From Myxococcota bacterium (GTDB lineage Bacteria > Myxococcota > XYA12-FULL-58-9 > JABJBS01): a stretch of 64,000 nt of DNA. Below are positions 39,361-50,900 of the stretch, piece by piece. The notes beneath the pieces are model-generated. The model was given only the letters and a program-made list of their open reading frames with translations, did not search any database and was not told where the DNA came from. The position numbers and the translations under genes were made by a program. Each line of letters opens with the position of its first letter. Positions within the stretch are counted from its first letter, which is position 1. The DNA lies in the NCBI GenBank assembly GCA_036339465.1, contig JAYZAY010000062.1, forward strand, positions 32,001-96,000, read 5' to 3'.

Positions 39361-41136
39361 CTATTCTACAAATGAACTAAGCATTTTGTTGCGGGTAGGG
39401 TGACGCAGCTTTCTTAGGGCCTTGGCCTCGATTTGTCGAATACGCTCTCGGGTGACGTTGAAATCATGTCCCACTTCCTCAAGGGTGTGGTCACTGCGCT
39501 CGCCGATCCCAAATCGCATACGGAGTATCTTCTCTTCCCGTGGTGTGAGGGTGGCCAGGGCTTCTCGAATTGTGTCCGTGAGGCTTTCATCGACGGCCGC
39601 GTCTGCGGGAGAAAGCTCCTTACGGTTTTCGATGAGGTCGGATAGGGATGCATCGTCATCTTCACCGATGGGCGTGTCGAGGGAAACGGGTTCTTTGGTG
39701 ATACTGAGTACTTTCCGAACTTTGTCGATACTCAAGTCCATCTTGCTGGCGATTTCTGAGGGGTTCGGTTCACGACCCAAGTCTTGCACCAAATAGCGGC
39801 TGGTGCGAAGCACCTTATTGACGGACTCAATCATATGAACGGGAATTCGAATGGTCCGGCCTTGGTCGGCAATGGCTCGGGTAATGGCTTGGCGGATCCA
39901 CCAAGTAGCGTAAGTGGAGAATTTGTATCCGCGCTGGTATTCAAATTTTTCCACCCCACGCATGAGGCCGATATTCCCTTCCTGTACCAAATCGAGGAAT
40001 TGGAGTCCTCGGTTCGTGTACTTTTTGGCGATGGAAACCACCAATCGAAGGTTCGCTTCAACCAGTTCACGTTTCGCCTGTTCGGTGAAGTGCTCTGCTA
40101 TACTGATTTTCTCGTATGCTTCTTTCAATTCACCCCAAGTGCAGCGGGTCTCTTTTTCCACCCGTTGGAGTCGTCGATTGAATGAACGTACGGAGCGGAA
40201 AATCTGCTCTTGCTTGCGTAAGGGTTCTTCGGAAAGTTTTTCTTGGACCAGCTGAAGGGTTAAGTCTTCTAGTTTACTCAGGGCGACAGCCTGGTTGAAA
40301 TTTAGGGAGAGGGTTTGGCACATCCCCCTGAGTTCTCGTTCGGCTCGGTTCACTTGAGTGATATGGGCCTTCATGAGGGCGAGGAGTTTCGTAATTTGAT
40401 CCGGGTGGAGGTCGATAATGGCGAGGGTGTCTTGGATTTTAGCGAGAAGTTTTTGGGCCTCTTTCGTTTCTTGTTCCTGTTCGGCGATTTGCGGGACCAG
40501 CTGACTCAACTTTTTCATCGCTTTAACGACCTTCTTGGTCGCGACCTGATGTTCTGATTCGTCGAGGATTTCTTCGGGATGGCGGATAATGTCTCTGACG
40601 TCGAGTCTCCCGTCTATGATCCGTTGTCCTAGTTCCCCAATGGCTCCCAATGCTACCGATGACTCAGTCAACGTCGCAATGATATTTTTTTCACCGAGTT
40701 CGATGCGTTTGGCAATCGTAACTTCTCCCTCTCGCGATAAGAGAGGGGCTGAGCCCATTTTCTTAAGATAAAGTCGGACTGGGTCGTTTCCACCTTCATC
40801 ATCATCGGCGCTATCGCCTTTTTTGGCCTTGGAGTTGGTTACTGGCTCGCTAACTTCAATGCCTCGTTTCTTTAACTTATTGGCAATGCGTTTCGCATCG
40901 AATTGACCCGGCGATGTGTTTTCGATTTCTTTAGAAATGATAGCCATGGAGAGGGTGCCCTCTAAATCGGCTTTTTCTATAAGATTACGGGTGATTGAGC
41001 TCAGGATTGCTTGGCGTTGCGCGGTGGTTTGGCAGGAACTCGCTTTTCGCTGTTTGGGTTCGGACAGATAGGATATATCAAACTCTTCAAAGCCATTGAA
41101 GGCGTCATCACTCGGTGGCTTTTCGTTACTAGACAT
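39361..41136 (-). CDS. rpoD: Primary sigma-70 factor
   Basis: [65 protein letters not shown]. Confidence 0.95.
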   Translation of the reverse strand: MSSNEKPPSDDAFNGFEEFDISYLSEPKQRKASSCQTTAQRQAILSSITRNLIEKADLEGTLSMAIISKEIENTSPGQFDAKRIANKLKKRGIEVSEPVTNSKAKKGDSADDDEGGNDPVRLYLKKMGSAPLLSREGEVTIAKRIELGEKNIIATLTESSVALGAIGELGQRIIDGRLDVRDIIRHPEEILDESEHQVATKKVVKAMKKLSQLVPQIAEQEQETKEAQKLLAKIQDTLAIIDLHPDQITKLLALMKAHITQVNRAERELRGMCQTLSLNFNQAVALSKLEDLTLQLVQEKLSEEPLRKQEQIFRSVRSFNRRLQRVEKETRCTWGELKEAYEKISIAEHFTEQAKRELVEANLRLVVSIAKKYTNRGLQFLDLVQEGNIGLMRGVEKFEYQRGYKFSTYATWWIRQAITRAIADQGRTIRIPVHMIESVNKVLRTSRYLVQDLGREPNPSEIASKMDLSIDKVRKVLSITKEPVSLDTPIGEDDDASLSDLIENRKELSPADAAVDESLTDTIREALATLTPREEKILRMRFGIGERSDHTLEEVGHDFNVTRERIRQIEAKALRKLRHPTRNKMLSSFVE

Positions 41137-41313
41137 CTTGATTTCCCCCTATCCTATTTCCAGAAATCGCTGCCTTGCTTATTCCCCACTGAAATCGTCC
41201 GATTACCTAGGCCAGTACTTACCGGCTCTCCCCCCAAGACGAGCAATGGTTAAAGTGCTATCACGGTCGGGAATGTAATGCCACAAAACACGAAAGTTTG
41301 CTTGTATATGCTG

Positions 41314-41724
41314 CTAGTTAGGGCTGAGGTTCGCTTCAAGTCCGGGGTGGGTTTCAAGTTCCTGGAGCAGGCCGTCCGATTCGGGGGAATTGTAAACCAT
41401 GAGATTTTTGAACTGCCAATAGCCTTCAATGGTTGTGGATATAAATTCTAGGCCGATGCCCTGGGAGTCGTAGCGGGTCACTTTGCTTTGGACGGGCACG
41501 AGGATGGGATCGTCGCGTGAACCGAGCTGTAGGGTTAGTTGGCACTCGAGGCCTAAATAGGATTCACAGTTTGAAGTGTCATCGAGATTGATAAAGCCAC
41601 CGCCAAAGCTTAAGTTACGCGTGTGCCCTGAGAGCGTAAGTCCCGAATTGGTTTTAACTTCAGCGTTTACTTTAATAAGGAGTCGCGTGTGTTTCCGTTG
41701 AGTGTTTGCCGAATCTTCGCTCAT
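41314..41724 (-). CDS. Stand-alone PilZ-domain protein
   Basis: c-di-GMP motifs RKHTR (RxxxR) and NLSFGG (D/NxSxxG). Confidence 0.85.
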   Translation of the reverse strand: MSEDSANTQRKHTRLLIKVNAEVKTNSGLTLSGHTRNLSFGGGFINLDDTSNCESYLGLECQLTLQLGSRDDPILVPVQSKVTRYDSQGIGLEFISTTIEGYWQFKNLMVYNSPESDGLLQELETHPGLEANLSPN

Positions 41725-41845
41725 TGTTTAGAAGCCCCCCGTCCGATTTTCTGATGGTAGCTCTTTTTGTGAATTGGAGCCAACAACCAATGATATATTA
41801 TTATCCCGAATCGACAAGAGGGTCGTCGGTTGTTATCGGGGTTGA

Positions 41846-42673
41846 ATGCCAGAGCTCCCAGAAATTGAAGTGATTTGTAGGACGTTGAAGGATGGGGTTT
41901 TGGGGAAGTATATCGCCTCCATGGACGTGGGCAACCCCGCTATGCGGTGGCCTGTCCCTGTATCGGAACTTGGATCAAAGGCTGTGGGGCAGCGGGTGGT
42001 AGATCTATTTCGCCGTGGGAAATATGTATGTCTTAAACTTTCAAATGACTATATTGTGGCCATTCATTTGGGGATGAGTGGTGCGCTGTTGATGCGGGGG
42101 GATCACGAGCCTTCCGACAAATTTGATAATGTTGCCTTCTCTTTTCGAGGGGGGGGGCGAATCGCCTTGAAAGACCATCGCCGATTTGGCTCGGTCCATC
42201 TTATTGCTGCCGATGAGCTTAAAGCTCATCCTCGTTTTGTACATTTGGGTTTCGAGCCCTTGGCCGGAGATTTTGAAGCTTTAGCCTTGAAACGGAGCTT
42301 TGGCCGTTCAAGTCGGGCCATCAAACAGGTTATCATGGATCAAAAAGTGGTGGTTGGGGTGGGAAATATTTATGCCGCAGAAATACTCTTTCGTGCTCGG
42401 GTTCATCCGTTTACGCCAGCGAGACGTTTGGGGCTGGCGCGAGTGGAGCGCATGGTTGAAGTGACCCGTGAGGTTTTAGCCCGAGCCATTCAGTGTGGGG
42501 GAACTTCTTTTCGGGATTATGTCGATGGATATGGCCGAAAAGGAAATTTTGTGGATGAGCTTCAGGTGTATGGTCGAAAAGGTTTGCCTTGTTTGATATG
42601 CCAAAGACCCCTGAAGGGAAGTATGAAGTTTGGGAGGTCTACGGTTTATTGTACGCGTTGTCAGAAGGGATAG
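41846..42673 (+). CDS. mutM: Formamidopyrimidine-DNA glycosylase
   Basis: MPELPE, RRGKY, HLGMSG, GVGNIYA, C-terminal C4 zinc finger. Confidence 0.97.
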   Translation: MPELPEIEVICRTLKDGVLGKYIASMDVGNPAMRWPVPVSELGSKAVGQRVVDLFRRGKYVCLKLSNDYIVAIHLGMSGALLMRGDHEPSDKFDNVAFSFRGGGRIALKDHRRFGSVHLIAADELKAHPRFVHLGFEPLAGDFEALALKRSFGRSSRAIKQVIMDQKVVVGVGNIYAAEILFRARVHPFTPARRLGLARVERMVEVTREVLARAIQCGGTSFRDYVDGYGRKGNFVDELQVYGRKGLPCLICQRPLKGSMKFGRSTVYCTRCQKG

Positions 42674-42738
42674 CTGGTTGTTTTCGTTTGCGAATTTAGG
42701 TGTTTTACGGTTCTTATGTCGTTTTTGTCGGGCGCTAT

Positions 42739-44037
42739 TTAGGATGCTTCGATGCAACGGCGGTCGCACATTCGTCGCATTTTGGACAAGCCCTGCACCT
42801 GAATTTGTCGCACACGTTCTCTAGATAATTTGTAGCGATGCCCGATTTCATCCAGGGTTTCATCTTGCTCGGTGCCCAGGCCAAACCGGGAACGAATGAT
42901 GTCCCGCTCAATTGGGCTCAGGAGTTGCAAGAGTTCACAGACTTTCTGCACTGTATTTTCTCGAATGATGGCCTCGTCGATGGCGGGCCTCGAATCATCT
43001 CGAACTAGGTCTAGTTGTGGGCGTTGTTCACGGTCGCCCATGGCTTCATTCAGGCTAATGACATCGATGCTTCGCCCAGCCATGAGTTCGGTGACCTTTT
43101 CAGGGCTTTGTTCACTCACCGTTGCTATTTCTTCTACGGTGGCAGGTCGAGAGAGGGAGCTGTCCAGGGACCGGGCTATCTTTTCGATATTTCGCCGGGC
43201 GTCGATGACGTGAACGGGGAGCCGGATGTGGGCTCCTTTGTTGATGATGGCGCGTTCGATCGCCTGGCGAATCCACCAGTGAGCATAGGTTGAAAATCTG
43301 AATCCTCGATGGTGGTCATATCGGTGAACGGCTTTTATTAGCCCCACGTTGCCTTCTTGGATGAGGTCAATTACGGGCAGTTTCGTCTTGGTGTATTTCT
43401 TGGCCACACTAACGACCAATCGAAGGTTTGCTCGCACGAAGTTGTTTCGGATCCGCAGAACCTTGCCACGGATTCGTTCGACGCGAACCAATTGTTCTGA
43501 GGCGAATCCGGTGAGGCGAGCCAACTCGTCGGGACAATTCCAGACCCGTTTACGCAGCCTCCTAAGTAGATCGTCCATGATTTTTTTATCGGGATCTGCG
43601 GTTCGGAGGGTGGATGCGAGGTTGTCCAACTTTTCATGGAGCTCTCGGCTGAGTTTCCCGACGTCTACTTGGCCCAATTGCGCTGGGTGGTCGACTGATA
43701 TTCGGGTGACGGCCTCTTGCCAGCTGTTTAGATCTTCAAAAAATGGTTCAGCGCCTGCTACCTGGGGTAGAACCTCAAAGGAGGCCTGGAATGAGAGCAG
43801 CTCTTTCCATAAACCAATTTCGGCAACTTCGAGTTGCCGAGCGATCTCTATTTCCTCTTCGGCGGACAAGAGCGGAATATGTCTTAAGGCCATGAGGTAT
43901 CGGGAAAAGGAATCTGCGTTTTTTAGAGAATCTGGGGAGGGGCTTTGTTCGGGACGAGAGGTGTTTTTTGGGAAACTATCCGTTATTCTTTCTTTCGTGA
44001 GTGGCTCAACCATTATCCCCCCCTTGTCTTGAACCAC
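42739..44037 (-). CDS. Alternative sigma-70 family factor (RpoD/RpoS-like, lacking region 1.1)
   Basis: [43 protein letters not shown]. Confidence 0.92.
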   Translation of the reverse strand: MVQDKGGIMVEPLTKERITDSFPKNTSRPEQSPSPDSLKNADSFSRYLMALRHIPLLSAEEEIEIARQLEVAEIGLWKELLSFQASFEVLPQVAGAEPFFEDLNSWQEAVTRISVDHPAQLGQVDVGKLSRELHEKLDNLASTLRTADPDKKIMDDLLRRLRKRVWNCPDELARLTGFASEQLVRVERIRGKVLRIRNNFVRANLRLVVSVAKKYTKTKLPVIDLIQEGNVGLIKAVHRYDHHRGFRFSTYAHWWIRQAIERAIINKGAHIRLPVHVIDARRNIEKIARSLDSSLSRPATVEEIATVSEQSPEKVTELMAGRSIDVISLNEAMGDREQRPQLDLVRDDSRPAIDEAIIRENTVQKVCELLQLLSPIERDIIRSRFGLGTEQDETLDEIGHRYKLSRERVRQIQVQGLSKMRRMCDRRCIEAS

Positions 44038-44214
44038 TCTACAGTCATCCGGAAAAAAGGATGAAATTAGAACTGATCCTATGCTTAAAGAACGCCGCCG
44101 CGGATGGCCGCATTCAATCCCGATTTCTATTCGTGATGAGATGATGTAGCTTCGGCGCCCATCATGTCAACCATAGATCGAATATCGTCGGGAAATTGCC
44201 AGAGATTTAGGGTC

Positions 44215-44610
44215 TTATCGGCCGTGGACGAGCACTTTGTCACCAGCTTGGAAGGTTACTTCGATCTTATTTCCACTAATTTCCTTCGTTACCACGCCAA
44301 GACCGAATACTTTATGGGAAAGGACATCATCTGTTATAAAGTATTCGGATGCTTTGTAAGGACGTGCCCGAGAAATATCCCGGTTCGTGAGCAGCACGTC
44401 AAAGTTTTTGCTCAATGAGGAGGTCTTTGGTTTTCGGGTTGTTTTTGTGGTTTTCTTTGGGACGCGTTTTGCTCGGAATTTGTGTATAGAATTACAGGTT
44501 TTACACTGGACTTGCAGCGGTTTAACGCCGTCGGTGGCCATGATCACGTGGGCGAGCTCCATACCACATTTGCTACAGTTCGTATCAATATCTTGTCCTG
44601 CTTTATACAT
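44215..44610 (-). CDS. Hypothetical protein with an N-terminal zinc ribbon and a C-terminal Tudor-like motif
   Basis: CSKC...CKTC; HKVFGLGVV...KIEVTF. Confidence 0.7.
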   Translation of the reverse strand: MYKAGQDIDTNCSKCGMELAHVIMATDGVKPLQVQCKTCNSIHKFRAKRVPKKTTKTTRKPKTSSLSKNFDVLLTNRDISRARPYKASEYFITDDVLSHKVFGLGVVTKEISGNKIEVTFQAGDKVLVHGR

Positions 44611-44717
44611 ATCCGGCTCGCATAGTTTGAAATTGCATCAAAAAGGATGGTAACTTGCCACCTGGCAAGGTCAAGAATGAGCGCATATAGCGTAATGAGC
44701 AAGCAAGCAAGGGTTGG

Positions 44718-45695
44718 GTGATGGCTGTTTATACGCCCCTATCTGATTCTGAGCTTCGACAGTATCTCCAGATATTCGATGCAGGAGAGTTGTTGGAAGC
44801 GCAGGGGGTAGGAGCTGGTACGATCAACACGATTTACGATGTTCGTTCGACCCAGGGTAGATTTATCGTAAGAATTCTCGAGGGGCGAACTCGAGCTGAT
44901 GCGAAATTTGAGGAATCGCTTCTTGGACACCTACGCAGCAAGGAGCTAAGGGTCCCTACCATGCTGACGGCTTGCCAGAGCGGTAAGATCCTGTCTCTTG
45001 GGCCCAGGCAGCAATTATCGATATTCGATTACATGAATGGTCGGGAGCTTGCAGTTTTTGAGATTTCAGAAGCGCACGTTCAACAAGTTGGGGAATTTAT
45101 CGCGGATATGCACCTTGCTTGTCGAGATTTGCAGCGCCGTCGCCGTAACCGATTTGGGCTAGAGCGTCTCCGAGAATTAATTGCGACTTGTTTGGATACG
45201 CCTGTTGGTCAGATGAATCGCGAGAATTTGGAGGTCATGCTGGAGCAGCTCGAAATGGCAACATTTCCAAGAAGTTTGCCGAAGGGAATTATTCACGGTG
45301 ACCTCTTTGTGGACAATGTGCGTTTTTCCCACGGGAAGTTAGAAGGGGTTATTGACTTTGAGATGGCCTCTTCTGGGCCACTTATTTATGATTTGGCAGT
45401 GGCGATATGTGATTGGTGCTTTATGAAGGACTCTTTCAATTCCACTTTGGCGCGGGAGTTGGTGCGGGGCTACATTCATAGGCGGGGTCTCTCAAATCCA
45501 GAAAGGCGAGCGCTCTATGGAGTTTGTTGTTTCGTCGCCATACGGTTTGCTATTACACGTTTTTACGATTTCGAAGTGAATGTCGATGTGGCGGCAACCC
45601 GTAATTACAAGGATTACCGGCACTTTATGCGTCGTCTTTATGCTTTGAAAGATTTCGGCCGGGAGGCCTTTGATGCTCTGGTTTTGGTGGGCTAG
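44718..45695 (+). CDS. thrB: Homoserine kinase type II
   Basis: MAVYT start, IIHGDLFVDNV, IDF, LYDLA-like, YKD at the C-terminus. Confidence 0.85.
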   Translation: MMAVYTPLSDSELRQYLQIFDAGELLEAQGVGAGTINTIYDVRSTQGRFIVRILEGRTRADAKFEESLLGHLRSKELRVPTMLTACQSGKILSLGPRQQLSIFDYMNGRELAVFEISEAHVQQVGEFIADMHLACRDLQRRRRNRFGLERLRELIATCLDTPVGQMNRENLEVMLEQLEMATFPRSLPKGIIHGDLFVDNVRFSHGKLEGVIDFEMASSGPLIYDLAVAICDWCFMKDSFNSTLARELVRGYIHRRGLSNPERRALYGVCCFVAIRFAITRFYDFEVNVDVAATRNYKDYRHFMRRLYALKDFGREAFDALVLVG

Positions 45696-45699
45696 GTTT

Positions 45700-46167
45700 T
45701 TACAACCCACTGATGATGCGCCATTTGCCCGATTCGTTGGCGAGATGGATTCGACTAAATTCCTTATTGCTATTCCAGCTTGACCCAGAAGGTAGGACGA
45801 CGTGGGCCCTAGATTTGTAGCGGATGTCTGCATGGGCGAGTTGACCTTCGATTTGGATTTCTAAAACCCTAAAGTCCAAGCTCATCTCTTGAGTGGCCTC
45901 CATGGTTTTAGGCAGGATATCTGATTTGAATTCCTGATAGCCGTAGTCATCCGAATCATCAGGTGTTCCCATGGTTTCGAAGTATTGGGTAGATACCACG
46001 GATAAGAGCGCATCGGCGTCCCTTTTAATCATGGCGGTTCGCGCATCCGCCAACACGTTCAGAATGGCTCGGTTTTCCTCGTTATCGGGAACTTCGGTGC
46101 CGGGAATCGTGACATGAGCGCATGCTATGGAGAAAATTAGCGCGACAGGACTTAGGTATTTTAACAT
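45700..46167 (-). CDS. Lipoprotein with an NTF2/SnoaL-like domain
   Basis: Lipobox SIAC; ends WRIISGL. Confidence 0.65.
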   Translation of the reverse strand: MLKYLSPVALIFSIACAHVTIPGTEVPDNEENRAILNVLADARTAMIKRDADALLSVVSTQYFETMGTPDDSDDYGYQEFKSDILPKTMEATQEMSLDFRVLEIQIEGQLAHADIRYKSRAHVVLPSGSSWNSNKEFSRIHLANESGKWRIISGL

Positions 46168-46492
46168 GAATGCTCCTTAAAATATGACCCGCATCGTGTA
46201 CCTTAAACCCTCCGAACAAACAATTTATTCCAGCGAATCTCCCCACAGTCGGTGTCTTTAGGTCGTACTTGGAGTGTGGCGGCGGCAATTTAGCCGGTTT
46301 TGAAGCGGGTAGGGCGGGGAGTAGATGGCCACCCTTAACGGGGGAGCCTTCGGCTTTGATTTTGAGCGTCGACGGGTGTCTGGCATTGGCGGAAGGTTCA
46401 ATGAATTTTAATGGCGAGGAAAAGGGTTTGTCTGATGGCTAGGGCGTCGGTAAGTTCTAAACCCGTGAAGTGCATCTTCATTTGGGTTGAGG

Positions 46493-46555
46493 AGGCGAGC
46501 ATCCTTCAGGCGAGCATCCTTCAGGCAGCATCCTTCAGGCAGCATCCTTCAGGCA
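46493..46555. repeat. Tandem repeat AGGC(G)AGCATCCTTC, 2 x 15 bp plus 2 x 14 bp plus a partial copy
   Basis: Read directly from the sequence. Confidence 0.95.
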
Positions 46556-46733
46556 ATTTCGCTCGTTTCAATATTCAAAATAGGTGACTGTCTTTGTTCT
46601 TTGCTTTTGGTGGGGCCAATCCCACCGGTGTTCTTTGTTGTCAGAGTTGCAAGGCTCGGCACCATTGATCCATGCTTACTGAATCAGCTCCTAGAGTTGA
46701 CAGGTGGCCTCTGCCGCAGCATAGTGTGCCGCC

Positions 46734-47786
46734 ATGAAGAAGATTTCGGTGATAGCTGGTGACGGTATTGGAATTGACGTTACGCATGAAGCGATGAAAG
46801 TGATTGATGTGGTTAAGCAGAGGTTTGATTTACCCATCGAACTTGAGCACTTGGACTACGGCGCGGATCGATATCTGCGAGATGGCGTCACGTTACCCAA
46901 AGGGGAGATCGAGCGATTTCGTCATGAGGTCGACGCAGTTTATCTCGGTGCCTTAGGGGATCCGCGTATTCCTGATATGCGGCATGGTCGAGAGATTCTA
47001 TTGGCAATGCGCTTTGAATTGGACCTTTATATCAATTTACGGCCAGTTCGTTGCATTCATGATTCTCTCTGTCCTCTCAAAGCGAAGACTGCCAAGGATG
47101 TCGATTTTACGGTTTTCAGAGAAAATACTGAGGGGCTTTATGTCGGGGTCGGCGGGAACTTTAAGAAAGGCACGCCGGACGAAATTGCTATCAACGAAGA
47201 TATTAACACTCGAAAGGGTGTTGAGCGCATTATTCGGGCAGCTTTTGAGCATGCGGTGAAATACAACAAAACGCGGGTGACCATGGCGGATAAGAGCAAT
47301 GCGGTGCAATTTGCGCACGGTCTTTGGTTGCGCACCTTTGAAGAGGTTTCGGCGGAGTATGCAGATATTGAAGCGCAGCACCTCTATGTGGATGCTTTGG
47401 CCATGCAGATGTTGAAGCGGCCGGAACAATTTCAAGTGATCGTAACCAATAATATGTTTGGGGATATCGTGACGGATATCGGTGCCCAATTGCAGGGTGG
47501 GTTGGGCATGGCCGGTAGCGGGAATATCAACCCCGGCGGTGTTTCTCTCTTTGAACCGGTCCATGGATCGGCACCGAAATATGCGGGTAAGAATGTGGCA
47601 AATCCCATTGCAGCGATCTTAACTTTGGAGATGATGCTGGAGTATCTCGGATTCAATGATGCAGCGGCGGTCATTGGGCAAGCGGTGAGAAAAGTTGTAG
47701 AGGAAGGCACCCTCCCCACGGAATTGGGGGGCGACGTAGGAACCACGGCCCTTGGTGATCGAATTGCGGAATTGGTGGCAGGCTAA
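46734..47786 (+). CDS. leuB: 3-isopropylmalate dehydrogenase (beta-decarboxylating dehydrogenase family)
   Basis: GDGIG, RENTEG, DKSN, NMFGDI, FEPVHGSAP; exact substrate not certain. Confidence 0.75.
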   Translation: MKKISVIAGDGIGIDVTHEAMKVIDVVKQRFDLPIELEHLDYGADRYLRDGVTLPKGEIERFRHEVDAVYLGALGDPRIPDMRHGREILLAMRFELDLYINLRPVRCIHDSLCPLKAKTAKDVDFTVFRENTEGLYVGVGGNFKKGTPDEIAINEDINTRKGVERIIRAAFEHAVKYNKTRVTMADKSNAVQFAHGLWLRTFEEVSAEYADIEAQHLYVDALAMQMLKRPEQFQVIVTNNMFGDIVTDIGAQLQGGLGMAGSGNINPGGVSLFEPVHGSAPKYAGKNVANPIAAILTLEMMLEYLGFNDAAAVIGQAVRKVVEEGTLPTELGGDVGTTALGDRIAELVAG

Positions 47787-47979
47787 GTATTTTTTGGCGT
47801 CCTCTTCGATATCTTTTAGCCTTGAGATCGCTCCGTTTGGTTGGCTTTGCTCGCCAAGCACATAGAGGGGCCCATGAGGTTGCTAAACATCCCGTTGTCT
47901 GGCAGTAGGGGTCGCTCGTTCAGGTAGAAAATGTTGGCGGCTTTGCCAAGTTTAGCGCCACTTCTACCCGCGATCTGTT

Positions 47980-50900
47980 GTGATGAATTCAAGAACCAGA
48001 CAAAAAACCAAGGTTGATAGTGCAATGGGCAAAGGTTACCACCTTCCAGACTCTGTGGGGCAATTAGTATGGTCTCAAGCCGATCCCAGCTTAGGCGTCG
48101 GTGTGGTCACATGTATTAACGGTTATCGCTTTCGGGTCCAGTTTTTTCGTTTGGAAGGCGAACGTATTTACGCGCAACGTTCCAACGATGCAACGCTCAT
48201 GCGTTATCTGATTCAGCCGGGAGAAAAAGTGCGTTGTCAGGATGGCAACGCGCGATTGATTAAAGGAGTGGCGGGCGACGGTCCGAAAAAGGGAGAACCT
48301 TTAAGTTATCTATTGGATGATGATGAGGTTTATCAGGAGTCGCTTCTTTGACCCGAAATGAAAGATGTGGGTGCCAAGGAGCGTTTGGCATCGCTACAGT
48401 TGGTTCACCCAGAGGTTGTTCGTTCACGATTGAGGGGCCTTAATTTAGAGCAGGCCAGCAGCCGTCGGTCGATTTCTTCGATACTTGGAACTCGAGCCCA
48501 TTGGTTGCCCCATCAGATCGACGTGGCGGTATCTTCGGTGGGGCAAGATCCCGTGCGATTATTGCTTTCCGACGAAGTTGGATTGGGCAAGACCGTCGAA
48601 GCGGCGATGATTTATGCGGGGCTTCGGGCTGAAGGACGTGCCAATAAGGTTTTGATTTTGACACCCGATTCCTTGGCCATTCAGTGGCTGGGGGAAATTT
48701 ATCGGAAAACCCACGAGCTCATGGTGCTTTTTGACGACGAGCGGTATGAGGATATTCGCGTTGTTCATGGCGATGAGAATCCTTTTGAAGCCCATCAGCG
48801 ATTTATCGTTTCCTTGGACCGGGTAGCTGGCGATGAAATGTTGGCTAAGGACGCCGCTTCGGTTGAATGGGACTTGGTCATTATTGATGAGGCCCACCAC
48901 CTTCGGTGGGCTCCCATTGGGGATGCAAATCTCCGCTATGGTCTTTCAGAGAGTCTGGCGAAGCAAGCTCGGCATCTTCTCTTGTTGACGGCCACCCCCA
49001 TGGCTTTAGACCCTGCCGAATATCAGGCTTTATTGCGGTTGTTGAACCCTGAACGTTTTGATGATCCGACCCAATTTGAGAAAACCCATCTGCGGATTTC
49101 GCGACTCTCAGAGTTGGCTCGGAAAGTGGTGGCATGGAAATCCGATGAATGTGTGCTTACAGAAGACGACCTTCGCAACATTCGTGATGAGTTAGGTGAC
49201 TTTGAATCTGACCTGAGTTTAGTGGAGTCGCTCGCGGTTACGGTGGCGACCGATGGTGATCGAGAGGAAATTGCGAACCAAATTCTTCTGGCGTTACAAG
49301 ATAGGCACGGACTTTCCGAGTATGTGGTTAGAAATCGCCGTGGTCCGGTGGGTGGATTACCGGTTCGTAAACCCATTACGATTCCGCTGACGCCGTCACC
49401 TCTCCAAGAAATCTTGTTGGAGGTTGGTGAAAGTGTTGTTTTTGAATTGGTGTCGGAAATTGAATCGCCGCGGGACCGGTGTGATCAGATGGGTCGGATG
49501 CTCCGAGCTATGTGGGCAACCCCCGGTGCGCTATTGGAAGTCGCGCGAGCTATTAGTCCGGTTTTAGTCCAACAACTTGAACCCCATGTCAAAGATGTGG
49601 TGACTGCTCCTCCGGATGACGAGGGGCTTCCCACGGGGGATTCTAGGCTTCGTTGGTTGGTGGAGTTTATTCGGGAGCAACCCAATGAAAAGCTCTTGGT
49701 ATTTGTGGAAAGCTCCATTGCGGTTCGTAGTTTGAAAGAACACCTATCGCTTTTTGTAGGCGATAAAATTGCGGTTTTTTACCGCGACCTCTCGGCGAGA
49801 GATCAAGATCGGCAGGTGGCGTGGTTTAGAGATCCGCAGGGACCTCAGATTATGCTGTCCACTGAAGCAGGTGGTGAAGGGCGAAACTTCCAATTCTGTC
49901 ACAGACTTGTCCTTTATGATTTACCATGGCGTCCTGCGACCATTGAGCAGCGAATTGGTCGAATTGACCGGGTGGGCCAGGAACACGACGTACAGGTTTT
50001 TGTGCCTTTCTTTCGTTCTGGTTACGAAGCCGCGATTCTCAAGGTTATGGAACGGTCCATTGGGGTTTTAGAGCGGACCGTGGGTGGAATTGATCACGCA
50101 CTCGAATATGTGAGTTTGCGTTTGGGTGGGCTAATCTACGACAATGCCGGTCCCGAAGAGTGGCAGGAACTCTATGACGAAACCGAGGAATTGGTCGGTG
50201 AAGCACGGTTAAGGATTGAACGCTCGGCGGATCCTATTTTGGATTTGGCAAGTTATGATCCTAAACGCGCAGCTTCGGTTCTTGCGCGGGTGCCCGAAGA
50301 GCTAGAAACAGAAATCGAGAAATTTATTTTAGGCTATGCCTCATACTGCAAATTGAATTTGACCCCTCAGGGGCATGATCTTGTGGGCGTTGACGGTGGT
50401 CCAAGGGCGGCGACCACCGATTCTGAGGGAGATTATTACGGAACCTTTAGACGTTCTTATGCCCTTGATCACGAAGAGGTGGATTTTCTATCCTTTGGGC
50501 ATCCATTGGTTGAACAAGCGCTAGATTGGTCGAAGGAATCAGTGGAGCAGAGTGCAGGTTTAGCGCTTCGGCGTGGAGCTTCCCGTGATGGTGCGTTCTT
50601 TTTATGGGTTTTCGGCGTTGATTTTCCCGAGGGCTCTGAACGGGTGAGCCCTTACTTTAATGCTGGATATTTTACATATGCATTGGACGAGGAAGGCAAT
50701 CGTCATCGAGAATTAGAGACCATGCTGATGGAGGATGAGCGTGAGTTAGAGAAAATGGATCCTCGGCCCCTAAGGTCTAACCAAGAGCGGTGGCGTCGAT
50801 TGGTGGAGCAGAATTTCGACAAAGCTTCCAAGCTGTCTGAAACGGCCCTTGAAAAACTCCGGGCCGATGCAGGTTTTTCCATTGACGAAACTTTTGAGAA

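Noticed and set aside
43349..44032. Long antisense ORFs (also 17708-18346, 13802-14323, 47037-47564)
   Set aside because: Fully overlap well-supported genes on the opposite strand
46487..46762. 91-aa ORF MRRRASFRRASF...
   Set aside because: Arises from the tandem repeat; no family features; also not a CRISPR array
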